Below, piece by piece: positions 12,801 to 24,021 of a stretch of DNA of 64,000 nt. How positions within the stretch are numbered: the stretch's first letter is position 1; every line of letters begins with the position of its first letter. The notes beneath the pieces are model-generated. The model was not told the origin of the DNA. It searched no databases and was given only the letters and a program-made list of their open reading frames with translations. The position numbers and the translations under genes were made by a program. This DNA comes from Azolla caroliniana. Its lineage: Eukaryota; Plantae; Polypodiophyta. Location: assembly GCA_043228905.1 (NCBI GenBank), contig JBHGNT010000016.1:6138001-6202000 (forward strand), written 5' to 3'.

Positions 12801-15800
12801 AACGGGAAATGGCCGTTTCCCAACGGGTAAAAACATCCCAGCTCGACGAAGTGAACCAAGGAAGCAAGGACGAATCAAAGCCGGTACACATCGCCAAAGA
12901 GATGAAGCCGGAAGATAAAGCGGCGATGATCAAACTTCTCACGGAGTTTCGCGACGTATTCGCCTGGTCATATGAAGACATGCGAGGGCTGAACCCTCAA
13001 TTATATCAACATCAGATCCACTTAGGCAAGGACGCGAAACCAGTGGCGTAAAGACGTTACCGAATGAACCCCAACTACGCCGCCAAAGTGAAGGAGGAAA
13101 TCGACAAACTCCTAAGAGTGGGCTTCATCCGACCGGTAAAGAAAGCGACGTGGCTGAGCCCCATCGTCGTCGTCCCAAAGAAGAACGGTAAAATCCGCGT
13201 ATGTGTAGATTACAGGAAACTAAATGCAGCCACAATTACGGATGCATTCCCTCTTCCATTCACGGATGGAGTACTGGATGCCGTCACCGGCCATGAAGTT
13301 TATAGCTTTTTAGACGGGTTTAGCAGATACAATCAAATCCGGATGCACCCTGACGACCAGGAGAAGACAGCGTTCGTCACCGAATGGGGGGTGTTTGTTG
13401 CCGTAGTAATGATGTTCGGACTAAAAACGGCACCAGCAACTTTCCAGCGAATCATCATGGAGATCTTCGGTGAATACATTCCAGCCTTCATGCAGGTTTT
13501 CCTGGATGACTTTGCAGTCTATAGCCGGGAAAAAGACCATTTGCAGCACCTACGGTTATGCCTTGAAAAGTGTAGGTTATACCGGCTAAGCTTAAACCCA
13601 GCGAAATGCATCTTTGGGGTGTCAAGTGGAATCTTATTGGGACACATTGTAAGTAAGGAGGGCATTGCGGTCGACCCGGACAAAGTAAACGCGATACTAG
13701 GGGCACCGGCGCCGAAAACGGCCAAAGCACTAAGCCGATTCTTAGGACAGATCCGGTGGCACAGCCGGATGCTCCGTCACTTGGCTGACTTGGCTACACC
13801 ATTACACACCGCGGTATATCGGACACCGTTCCAATGGACGGATACGGAGGATAAGGCATACAACGCCCTGAAGGTACTTTTGTCGCAAGCACCCGTCGTG
13901 CAGCCTCCGGATTGGAGCAAGGAATTTCATGTGTTCGTTGACGCTTCCGACATCGCTATCGGCAGTGCCTTAATGCAACTTACGGAGCCCAAATGGTACC
14001 GGCCGGTATATTACGCCAGCCGGAAGCTGTCCCAAGCGGAGAAGAACTATTCGACTACGGAACGGGAGGCCCTGGGCATGATCTACAATGTCACAAAGTT
14101 TCGTCATTACCTATTGGGAAGGAAGTTCTCCTTTCATGTGGATCACTCGGCGCTCCTGTACTTAGTGTCCAAGGCGTGTTGGCCCGTTGGACCTTGCTGC
14201 TGCAGGAGTTCGAATTCGTGATCTTCCACCGACCCGGTATCCAACATGCCGTAGCAGACTACCTGAGCCGGTTAGAGTCCGGAGAATCAGGCGACGGAGT
14301 ATCGGATGAATTCCCGGACGCAGAGTTATTCCGTATCACCCCGGAAATGGCAGCGGACGACACGGTGGCATCAGAAGATAGGTGGCTGACAAACATGCAC
14401 CAGTTCCTAAGCACGGGCCTGCCACCGGAGGAAATGAACCGGGACGAGAGGAAACGACTGGCGGTGCAGAGCCGCAATTTCTGTCTGTTACGGGACACTC
14501 TCTACCACAAGGGAGCAGATGGAATATGGAGACGGGCAGTCCGTAGTGACGAGAAACAAGTAATCTTATGGGAAGCACACTGTGGGGTTGCCGGAGGACA
14601 CTATGCCGGGGAAGCGACGACAAGGAAAGTATGGCAGAGTGGCTTATGGTGGCCCACGACGTTAAAAGACGCCGTCAAGTATGCTAAGGAATGTGACCTA
14701 TGCCAACGAATGGGCCAGCCTACGGAGCAAGCACGGATGCCACACCAACCGGTACTTCCACTAGAGCCATTCCAAAAGTGGGGGTTGGATTTTGTCGGAC
14801 CGTTCAAGCCACCGGCAATGAGAACGGGTAATCGTTATGTCATCGTGGCAACAGATTATTGCACTAAATGGGTGGAGGCTAAGGCCTTGAGAGACAACAC
14901 CGCGTCATCCACAGCAAAATTCCTGTACGAGAACATTTGGTGCCGATATGGATGTCCGATTGAATTAATCAGCGACCAAGGAGGGCACTTTCTCGGCCAG
15001 GTAGTTGAAAGCTTAACAACGTTCTATGCCGTGGTCCATAAACGGAGCACACCGTACTACCCACAAGCAAACGGGTTAGCAGAGTCAACCAACAAAACGC
15101 TCCAGAACATTCTCCGCAAAATCGTCAATGAAAACCGGACGGACTGGGATACAAAGCTCCATAGCGCGCTATGGGCGTATCGAACGGCATACAAAACAAG
15201 TATCCGGACAACACCGTTCCGGTTAGCGTTCGGCTTAGAGGCGGTCATGCCGGTGGAATTTCAGGTACCAAGCTTACGGATCCAACTACGGAAACGACTG
15301 AATGAAAAGGAGTCGGAGGAAATGCGGCTAGCAGCACTATGCGAACTGCAGGAGCAACGGCTTGCCAGCATCCTACACATGGAACTGGAGCAACGACGAC
15401 GGAAAGCATTCGTTGACCGTCACCGGAAAGGTAATGAAAAAATGTTCGAAATCGGAAAGCCGGTGCTAGTATTCCAAACGAGGATGGGCAAGATGCCGGG
15501 TAAACTCCGGTTTAGATGGACAGGCCCGTATTGGCTGACACGGGAATACAACGGGTCCTATTAGTTAGGGACACTTGCCGGTGAAGTGCTAGGCAAGTGG
15601 GTCAACGGATTTAGACTAAAGCCCTATAAAGGACCGATGCCAAGTAACCCGTTTATGCAGCCCACCGGCACTATACCGGGAACCTGTCCGGGAACGGTAC
15701 GGATGGAAGAAAAAGACGACGGGGAACCCGTAGAAGAGGCGAAGGAAGACACGGCAACCCGTAAGGAAAACGGTAAGGGTCTGAAGGGACCTACGGATGT

Positions 15801-15804
15801 GTAA
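9881..15804 (+). pseudogene. Gypsy gag-pol polyprotein (gag with 3 CCHC knuckles, PR, RT, RNase H, INT), disabled
   Basis: ORFs 9881, 10781, 11924 and 13064 share one frame, separated by single stops (10718, 11909, 13049); frameshift near 14175; further stop at 15562. Motifs: CCHC x3, IDGGS protease, FLDD RT, DAS...DH RNase H, HHCC and D,D35E integrase. No chromodomain seen. Confidence 0.92.
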
Positions 15805-15818
15805 GATCACATACCGTC

Positions 15819-15822
<4 letters not shown>

Positions 15823-15852
<30 letters not shown>
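15823..15852 (+). repeat. A30 homopolymer between pol and the extra ORF
   Basis: 30 consecutive A residues starting 19 nt after the pol stop codon. Confidence 0.9.
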
Positions 15853-15856
<4 letters not shown>

Positions 15857-16077
15857 TAAAAATCGAGGTATGAACGGACGTGAAAGCAAGGAGCGAAAAG
15901 GTACGTAGTGGGCATTTAAGAGCCGCCACATGACTTAATACTAAATTGGTACACGACGTGTGCACGCTCGAAAAAGGCGCCAAGACGCACAGAGAAAAAG
16001 CAGAACGCATGGAGACCTTTTCATTTCGCGAGCCAAGAAGCACAGAAGCACCAAGGCGGTTGAAGCTTATCAGACGC

Positions 16078-19000
16078 TGTCGTGCCTTTCGGCTCTGGAT
16101 CGTTTGCGTGAGTCGGGTGGGAACCACTGGGGTTTTGGACTAGGAGAAAGAAGAATATGAGATGAGGCTAGTAATGGATAGATTATTAGAAAGAGAAGTA
16201 AGATAGCAATCTCGTGAATCCCACGAGTTTAGTATATTTAGTCAATATTTAGGTAGTAAGAGAGAATTATTTTCGCAAATTCGTGAATCCCACGAATATT
16301 TTAGATTGATTGATCATTATAGAAAAATAATCAACAAAAACTACAATGTGCTCCCCATCCTTATATAGTGATGGGAGAGACTAAGCATAGCTACATGCTT
16401 TTTTCTAATATGTTCATGCACACTAAATGTGCATGTAATGCTTTTCTAATCCTTGCTTTTATTTGCTAAATATAGTGCTCATGCACGCTAGATGTGCATG
16501 AGTCACTTTTTAGTTGCTTGCGTTTTTCTATAAAATATTCACGCACTCTAAAAATACATGATTTACCTTTTAATAAAGGTAGGCGCAAATAAAGCACTTA
16601 TAGTTATTAAATCTATTTGTAGAACACTAAAGATAAGGTAGCATAATGGTAAAGTTGAGGTTTGGCTATGTGGAGGTACAAGGTTCAAATCTTGCCCTAT
16701 GCACGTGATAAATATCTTGATATTTTTATTTTATTTATTTATATGTAATTAAATCGGTTATATTATTTTTACTTTTTTCACGTAGTGTACGAAATACACT
16801 ACGACACTCGCCCCCTCCGAACCCGCACATCCTCCAGTATGTGCCGAAGTTGCCGATGCTCGTTGTCTCCCCTTCATCCTCCGTTTGTCCCGCTATGTCA
16901 ACTTTGTCTCTCCATTTTGAGTAGACCCATTCTTTCCACCCGAACCATTGTCGCCATCCGATCCACCATATTCTTTGTTCTCTCTCGTCATATTCTTGGC
17001 CCTTGTCATTCGTGGTAGTGTCTTTTACTGGCCTCTTTCTTGTCTTCATCAACCTTGACTTTTTTCCGGATCGCTCTCGTCCGATCAACTTTCGGTTTGA
17101 TCGGCTTCCGATCGGATTCGTATTCGGCCGAATCGGAATCGGTTGTTTGGTTTCGATTGAGTCGGTCTCCTTCCGGCCCGGTTTCGATCTATCGGTTTCA
17201 GTTTCGGTTGGCTTTCTTTTCCTCGTTTTCACCAGCCTTGACTGGTCCAACCTCCGATTGAGTCGGATTAGCTTCTTTTTGGATCGGTCTCGTCCGATCG
17301 GCTTTCGGCTAGGTCGGCTTCCATCCATATTCGCGTTCGGCCAAGTCAGACTCAGTCGATCGGTTTTGACCGAGTCGACCCCTTTTCGGGTCGGCTTTCT
17401 TTCGGGTCGTCTTTCGGCCGAATCCTCATTCGCCCGGTTCAGCTTTCTTTCGGGTCGGAATCCCGTCCGGATCACCTTCCATCCGAACCGGCTTCCGACT
17501 TTACCTTTCTTGCCGCCACCTCCCGTCTCTCCGGTCTCACGTTGGTTCTCGGACACAACCGCCGAAGTCTCTAGAATTAGTGGGTAGGAATCCTCGGTAT
17601 TATCATCCTCTGTCATTTCAACCATAGCCTCCTTCTCGGCTATCTCTCCGTCGTATGAATCGGCTTCGACCTTTGTTTTCTCTCCACCACCTTCCGTCTC
17701 TTCGGTCTCACGTTGCCTTTCGAACGGAACCGCCGGAGTCTCTGGAATCAGCGGTGGAGAAATCTCGATATGGCCATCCGCCATTGATTCGTCCATAGCC
17801 ACCTTCGATTCGATGTCATCTTTCTTGGTGACCTCCTCAATCAAGTCCTCCTTGCTCTCTTTCACTGCATCAATTATGGAAACATCAATTATGCTTACCC
17901 CTTTTTCACCTGATGTTTCGAACACTTGTATTCCGAAATCTTCTTCTACACTTGAATTATCGGCCTTATCCTTCGCCATCGTTCTTTCACAAGACGAGTG
18001 GGTAGCTTGTTTTACACCCTCTTCCGTCGCACCATCATGTTGTATTTCGGCCTTCATATCGGCTTCATCGTTTTTCCTCAATCGACCATCCTTCATGGGC
18101 CATGTCGTTGTTGACGAGATTCTCAGCTTCCTTTCATCATGTCTTCGGCATACCCTTTCGACTTTGGCCCAATCCTCGGTAAGACCGTTCGCACCGTCAT
18201 CGTCTTCGAGTTCGATCCCGATGTCCATCCTTTCTTTTCGATCGATCAATTTTACGAACATTAGGACTTTATCCTCCCCCACCAATCGTTGTTCCCGCTC
18301 CGAGAGTCGAGCAAAACGATGCTCGAACTCTAGGAATGCTTGTGTTGCACTTCGGTGGGTCTTCTCCGATGCCACCCATTCGTCGAATTCTCGCCGATCT
18401 TTTCCCTTCGATCTCTTGTAATCATATGCCTCTCGTAAAGCTTCTTCGAATGACCCCCATGTCGAGTTTTGTTGCCGTATCTTGTGGATTCTCTCTTGTA
18501 GCTCATCCGTGGCTACCCGACTGAAGGATATCACTTGCAATTCTTCCGGTATCCCACATCGCATCATCTCCCCTTTGTAGTCACGTAGATAGCGTGACAC
18601 ATCATTTCCGTTGAATTGTCCATTTCGTTGTACGAGCCGCTTTACTGCCCCCGTGATCTCCGACATCGCTCGTTGTTCTTGTAGCATCCGCTCGAACATC
18701 ATCATCATCGTTATGCTCATTGCCTCTTGTTGATTCTCCATCTCCTTGCCACCCGTCTTCACGTCGGGTTCACCAACTGTGTCGTGCCTTTCGGCTCCGG
18801 ATCGTTTGCGTGAGTCGGGTGGGAACCACTGGGGTTTTGGACTAGGAGAAAGAAGAATATGAGATGAGGCTAGTAATAGATAGATTATTAGAAAGAGAAG
18901 TAAGATAGCAATCTCGTGAATCCCACGAGTTTAGTATATTTAGTCAATATTTAGGTAGTAAGAGAGAATTATTTTCGCAAATTCGTGAATCCCACGAATA

Positions 19001-19501
19001 TTTTAGATTGATTGATCATTATAGAAAAATAATCAACAAAAACTACAATGTGCTCCCCATCCTTATATAGTGATGGGAGAGACTAAGCATAGCTACATGC
19101 TTTTTTCTAATATGTTCATGCACACTAAATGTGCATGTAATGCTTTTCTAATCCTTGCTTTTATTTGCTAAATATAGTGCTCATGCACGCTAGATGTGCA
19201 TGAGTCACTTTTTAGTTGCTTGCGTTTTTCTATAAAATATTCACGCACTCTAAAAATACATGATTTACCTTTTAATAAAGGTAGGCACAAATAAAGCACT
19301 TATAGTTATTAAATCTATTTGTGGAACACTAAAGATAAGGTAGCATAATGGTAAAGTTGAGGTTTGGCTACGTGGAGGTTTGAATCTTGCCCTATGCACA
19401 TGATAAATATCTTGATATTTTTATTTTATTTATTTATATGTAATTAAATCGGTTATATTATTTTTACTTTTTTCACGTAGTGTACGAAATACACTACGAC
19501 A
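16078..19501 (-). mobile_element. Non-autonomous gag-only LTR retrotransposon (TR-GAG-like), young, with tRNA-Trp PBS and 4-bp TSD
   Basis: LTRs 16078-16806 and 18780-19501 (TGTCGT...ACGACA; few substitutions and one 7-bp indel). TSD ACGC at 16074-16077 and 19502-19505. PBS TGGTGAACCCGACGTGA (18775-18759). PPT GGAGGGGGCGAG next to the left LTR. Confidence 0.93.
16735..18762 (-). CDS. Gag-like protein with acidic middle and R/K-rich C-terminal extension (up to 675 aa); no pol
   Basis: Uninterrupted ORF from the PBS through the PPT into the 3' LTR. N-terminal capsid-like segment GQFNGNDVSRYLRDY...TWGSFEEALREAY. No PR, RT or INT motifs. Confidence 0.75.
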   Translation of the reverse strand: MKTGGKEMENQQEAMSITMMMMFERMLQEQRAMSEITGAVKRLVQRNGQFNGNDVSRYLRDYKGEMMRCGIPEELQVISFSRVATDELQERIHKIRQQNSTWGSFEEALREAYDYKRSKGKDRREFDEWVASEKTHRSATQAFLEFEHRFARLSEREQRLVGEDKVLMFVKLIDRKERMDIGIELEDDDGANGLTEDWAKVERVCRRHDERKLRISSTTTWPMKDGRLRKNDEADMKAEIQHDGATEEGVKQATHSSCERTMAKDKADNSSVEEDFGIQVFETSGEKGVSIIDVSIIDAVKESKEDLIEEVTKKDDIESKVAMDESMADGHIEISPPLIPETPAVPFERQRETEETEGGGEKTKVEADSYDGEIAEKEAMVEMTEDDNTEDSYPLILETSAVVSENQRETGETGGGGKKGKVGSRFGWKVIRTGFRPERKLNRANEDSAERRPERKPTRKGVDSVKTDRLSLTWPNANMDGSRPSRKPIGRDRSKKKLIRLNRRLDQSRLVKTRKRKPTETETDRSKPGRKETDSIETKQPIPIRPNTNPIGSRSNRKLIGRERSGKKSRLMKTRKRPVKDTTTNDKGQEYDEREQRIWWIGWRQWFGWKEWVYSKWRDKVDIAGQTEDEGETTSIGNFGTYWRMCGFGGGECRSVFRTLREKSKNNITDLITYK

Positions 19502-20183
19502 ACGCGAACCTGCACTCAAAGAACCCCCACGTTCTGAACTCTCTCTCTCTCGCTCTCACTCTCATCACCACTCTACCTCGCCATCTTTCCTCGACCTCGA
19601 AGCAGACATGGACCCACAAACGCTGTCGGAAGCGGCCAGGAAATGGCTCAGGCAACACGGACTAGATGGGTTCTTGACCATCATGGAGGCACCACCGCAC
19701 AAAGAAGCCGACCGGGTCATCAAGGAGCTCGACACAGAAGTCATCACCGAGGAAGCGATCCGTGCGCTAACAGGCCTTCCGGAGGGAGGTATTTTTCAGA
19801 TCGATAACCCAACCTCGGAGCAACTCATCCGATATTTCGGTGAGTACTCTCTAGCCGGCAAAGGCTATCGAACGTAGGGCGGCGAAGATCCGCTATTCAG
19901 GGAGATAGCTCGAGTGCTCCATGAGTACGGACACGTGTACCCCCGACCCCCTGTCATGCCAAAAAATCGGGCAGGGATGATCATAGCCACCTATGAAGGG
20001 ATCAAGGTGGATTGGCCGGTGTTGATTGCAGACGGTTTGTGCGCGGCAATCGACACGGTACGAGGAAAGGACGGCAAGGAGGGCCGGAAGCTGTGGCATG
20101 CCGTAGCTCAGTGGATAACATTGCTCGCGCCGCCGGTCGAGACCGTTCAGCCAAAGAAGCGGCCAAGATTATCGGAAGGAAGC

Positions 20184-21240
20184 ATGAATGTGCTACACGC
20201 CGCTTAGAGGCGGGTAAACGAGCATATTATGCATTTGAGAACACATGCAATCTTGGAGATATTAAGTGTTGGGTCCTCAAGAAATATCTTTTTGACACTT
20301 TGGTGACCGCGGTTCTTCTCTATGGGGTGGAAGTATGGGGCGGTAGCATCCCTAAATCTATGTGAAAAGAGTTTGAAAATGTCCAAAAACATTTTCTTAC
20401 AAAGTTTCTACAACTTAAGAAACAAATGCCCTACACCCTCCTCCTTGAGACGGGATCGCTTCCCATTGAGCTCATGGCCATGGAAAGGGTTGTTGAATAC
20501 ATGCTTAAGGTTCAAAAAAGCCCCTCACATCGACTTCCTAGAATTGCATTGGAAGCAAGCAAAAAGATCCAAAAGACGCATAAAAGCAAAATTTTGTGTT
20601 CCGGTTGGATGCAAGATTTAGTGGTTTGGTAGATGGGATGCAAGACACTTGCTTCATGATGCGTCACTAGATTCCTTTGTAAATGAGGTCTTTTTGCAAC
20701 GCCAATGTATCATGACATGGGAAAAATGTGGTGGCTCACACTTCGCACATTATACTACAAATGTTGCACCTAACTATAAAACCATATTCTTCGCGAAACG
20801 GGGAAGCCGTACACATCAATACATGTTAGAGCCCATCCCGATATCTGCCATTCAAACCATTGCTTCCATGCAACTTAGCTCGCACACATTGAGATGTGAG
20901 ACGAGGCCTTGGTGCACGAGGATGAGAGTGGCTGACTATGCACATTTTTCCCTAAACAAGTTTGAGGGTCTGAGTATCACACTTTGATACAATGCTCTGC
21001 CTTTGATCATATTCGACCATGCTTTCCACATCTCTTCGATTGAGCCCAATCCTTGCATGAATTTCTCTCACAACCACGATGTGCACTCTCGATTGCAACA
21101 TTCATTGGTAAAGTTCTTGAACATGGAGAGTCGCTACTCACCTTCACACGTATCACGTGAAATGTAATATTTTTGGTCTCATAGGTCATATTTGACCTCC
21201 GAAGACAATAATATAATCTATCTGTCTATATATCTCTCTC
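20184..21240 (+). mobile_element. 3' continuation of the RTEX-like LINE that starts near 6560
   Basis: ECATRRLEAGKRAYYAFENTC...LFDTLVTAVLLYGVEVWGG...LLLETGSLP...QLSSHTLRCE follows on from the RT end at 9408. Ends in the hairpin GGTCTCATAGGTCATATTTGACCT and a (TCTA)/(TC) tail. Confidence 0.85.
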
Positions 21241-21249
21241 ACATATTAC

Positions 21250-21860
21250 CTTCTGGAGAACCAATGCAACCAAAGTGATACTTATGGATGGGAAGTAAAA
21301 CTAATGTTGTTCAATGCCATGGTAACTCAAGTATTGCTTTATGGAGTAGAAGTATGGGGTGACATCATCTCTCTTAATGCATGGAACGAGATTGAGAAAA
21401 TTCAAAAGATGTTTTTAAGGAGGCAATTAGGAGTTAAATGCACTACCGCTTACCAGATTATGCTCTTGGAAACGAGTGTTCGACCCATAGAACTATTGGC
21501 ACTCCAAAGAGTATATAAATACATTACAAAAGTCAAGAATATGCCGAATCATCGATTACCACATCTTGCTTAGAATGTTGGATGTACGCTACAAAAGAAT
21601 CATAAAAGTAAGGTTCTCTCATCTGGTTGGGTTGTTGACATAAGGAAATGGTTTAGAAGATGGGGTGTGGATGATCTTTTAGTGCTTTACTAACACATAG
21701 AGAGACTTTGTGCTTCAACGTATGAATACCCCTTCTTAGGAAGGAGACATATATGAAGAACACATGTATACTCTGGTCCCATAGGTCAAAATTGGCCTCT
21801 TTATGGACGATAAAAATTCTAATTCTATAATTCTTATTCTCTCTCTCTCTCTCTCTCTGG
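21250..21860 (+). mobile_element. Second, internally deleted RTEX-like LINE 3' fragment
   Basis: LFNAMVTQVLLYGVEVWG...LLETSVRP...HRLP, then the 3' hairpin GGTCCCATAGGTCAAAATTGGCCT and a (TTC/TC)n tail. Confidence 0.75.
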
Positions 21861-21939
21861 TAAAAGCACACAATTATATTAATTGTAGTAAAATACACTT
21901 AGTTACATCACTTCTTAGTCTCCTCTACCTATCATATGC

Positions 21940-23397
21940 CTATGCAGGGAGAGGGACGTTCTGTAATGCTACTAAAAAACTTGAATATGCATTTGAGGAA
22001 ATGATCCCCACATGCTCTAACATCCAAAAATTCCACATGAGAATACCTTTAAGCTTCTTTATATAGGCTTTCACCCCATGTCTATTATCAAACATGAAAG
22101 CATTACGCATATTTCAATTGTGTTGTAGATCCCAATATCGTAAAAATTGGAACAATACCTCCATCTCATCATTTGATCCATTTTGAACATATTGAGAAAA
22201 AACCCATTGTTGAGGTCTCAAACAACAACGCTATAGGACATTTAAGTACTTCCAAATGGTACACGCTATAGAACATTTAATGAACCTATGTGTACTATCC
22301 TCCAATGGAACGGTGCAAAAGAAACAAGTGCCAGACCTTAGTCCTCGTCTCTTTAAGGCAGAACCTAATGGGAGCCCACCAATCATGACTCTCCATATGA
22401 ATACCTTTGCACGAAATGGTAGATGGGAATCCCAACCACGTTGTAATATTTTCCACCACCTTGCATTTGACTTATATACATTCCACAACTTCGTTGATTT
22501 AGGAGATAGCCAAGATAATGATGTCATCGCATGATGATACAATATATTTGTAGTGATCTGTAACAAGCATGTACCATCTTGTAACCGCCAACCTACCCAA
22601 GGTGCAAAATTGGTTTTCAATGGCAAATCCTTGCAACAATGGTATATCATGTAATTTCTCCCAAATAAATCCATAATTTGGGGGAATACATAACTATCTC
22701 TTGGCATCTTCAAAATCCGACAACCTTTGAGATTCATTATCAACCACATCTTCCAAATATACAATCCCCAATTGAAATAAACGATTGAATTGAGATCTCA
22801 ACTTCTCTTTCCCATGCCAAAACAACACTTGAGAAGAAACAAGCAATTCGTTTTGTAATGAACTACAATATTCTCGATCACTTGACGGCCCCCATTCAAA
22901 AAGAGATAATGCATCTTGCCACGATCTTACCAAATGTTGTCCACATACAGAATGCCGAATCTTTAGTGGAATACTTCCATTCAATAGTGTCCACGATGAT
23001 GCTTGAATCTTTGTTTTCCCATGCAACAATCCTTCATGCTCAATAAAATATTGCATCATACATATCCATGGTTGATCTTGTTGACATATATCTCGTAATA
23101 ATGTAAATCTACGAGCCATCAAATGCCTTTCCAAATCTAATATTGCTACACCACCTAACCTTTTAGGAGTAGCCAAATGGTCCCATGAAATCCATGTAAC
23201 TCCCATCATTTCTCCCTTCTGCCACAACATGAACCGAATAGGTTGTAACATGCTTTATAATGCCTTCTTAGTCCAAGGAAGTAAAGGCAAAAAATATAAT
23301 AACATGGGTATCAAGATACATTGCACCACTTTGAGTCGTATATGAAAGGGCCATAATTGAGACTTCCAATACATAAATTTGTCCCTCAATTTACTAC
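21940..23397 (-). mobile_element. L1-type LINE ORF2 3' part (zf-RVT region), degenerate; continues at 29964-30200
   Basis: ISWDHLATPKRLGG, FRAKVFIWRVMIGGLP...CFFCTVPLEDSTHRFIKC (zf-RVT). The upstream end of RT (HLGYPLG) lies on the other side of the Copia insertion. Confidence 0.8.
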
Positions 23398-24021
23398 TGT
23401 AGAAAATAGTGTGCGGAAGCAGGTATGAAGACAGAACAGAGGAAGGAAACTCAGGTTCAATGGAGAGCTTGGGCTTACACGATATACACGGGAGAGACAG
23501 AGAGAGAAACACAGAAAACTCTATATTCAATAATAATACTCAGTCTGTACATAAGACGTGCTCAGTGAACACTTTTATACAAGTCCTGGAAGGACTGACT
23601 GAAGTACTGACAGTACTTCAATGCTCATTAAGAGCTCCTACACTAACTCCCAAATATATTCCTCACGGAATATCTTTCCTAATGATCTCCCGGTTTACGC
23701 ACTCGGCCTAACCGATCGGTCCCAACCGATCCGGTCCTCGGCTTCTTCAGTCGATCCGGCCGATGTTGAGCTTGTCTCTCAACACTCCCCCTCAAGCTCA
23801 ACTTGAGGCTCTTTGGGATCTTCACAACACCGGTTCCTCCTGGCTTCTCACCTCGCTCGCGCTCCTCGACCTATTCGACTCCGCGCGCTTTGACCCTTCC
23901 GGTCGGCTTGTCTGCTCATGTGGCCCTTATCAGCTCTTCTGTTGTTGCGGTGTTGACGCTTCTCCTGCTGCCTTTTCTTCCGCTTGGGCCTCGGTTGATT
24001 CAGCATATCTGAATCAAACAT

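Larger units (their letters stand above)
9409..20183 (+). mobile_element. Ty3/Gypsy non-chromovirus LTR retrotransposon with 3' end and 3' LTR deleted; hosts a nested element
   Basis: 5' LTR about 9409-9827 (TG...CA), then PBS TGGCGACCAC (tRNA-Arg-like), gag-pol and an extra 3' ORF. The sequence switches back to the host LINE at about 20184 with no second LTR. Confidence 0.9.
16009..20183 (+). pseudogene. Extra 3' ORF of the Gypsy element (plant-mobile-domain / plant transposon protein-like), split by the nested element
   Basis: Removing 16078-19501 and one TSD copy joins METFSFREP...KLIRR in frame to EPALKEP...MDPQTLSEAARKWLRQHGLDGFL...ITEEAIRALTGLP...KVDWPVLIADGL. One internal stop at 19875. 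Confidence 0.6.

Noticed and set aside
16637-16702. Functional tRNA gene (also 7863-7918, 26452-26513, 39189-39252)
   Set aside because: A and B boxes are present, but I could not build a convincing acceptor stem and anticodon arm. Reported as tRNA-like modules, not tRNA genes.
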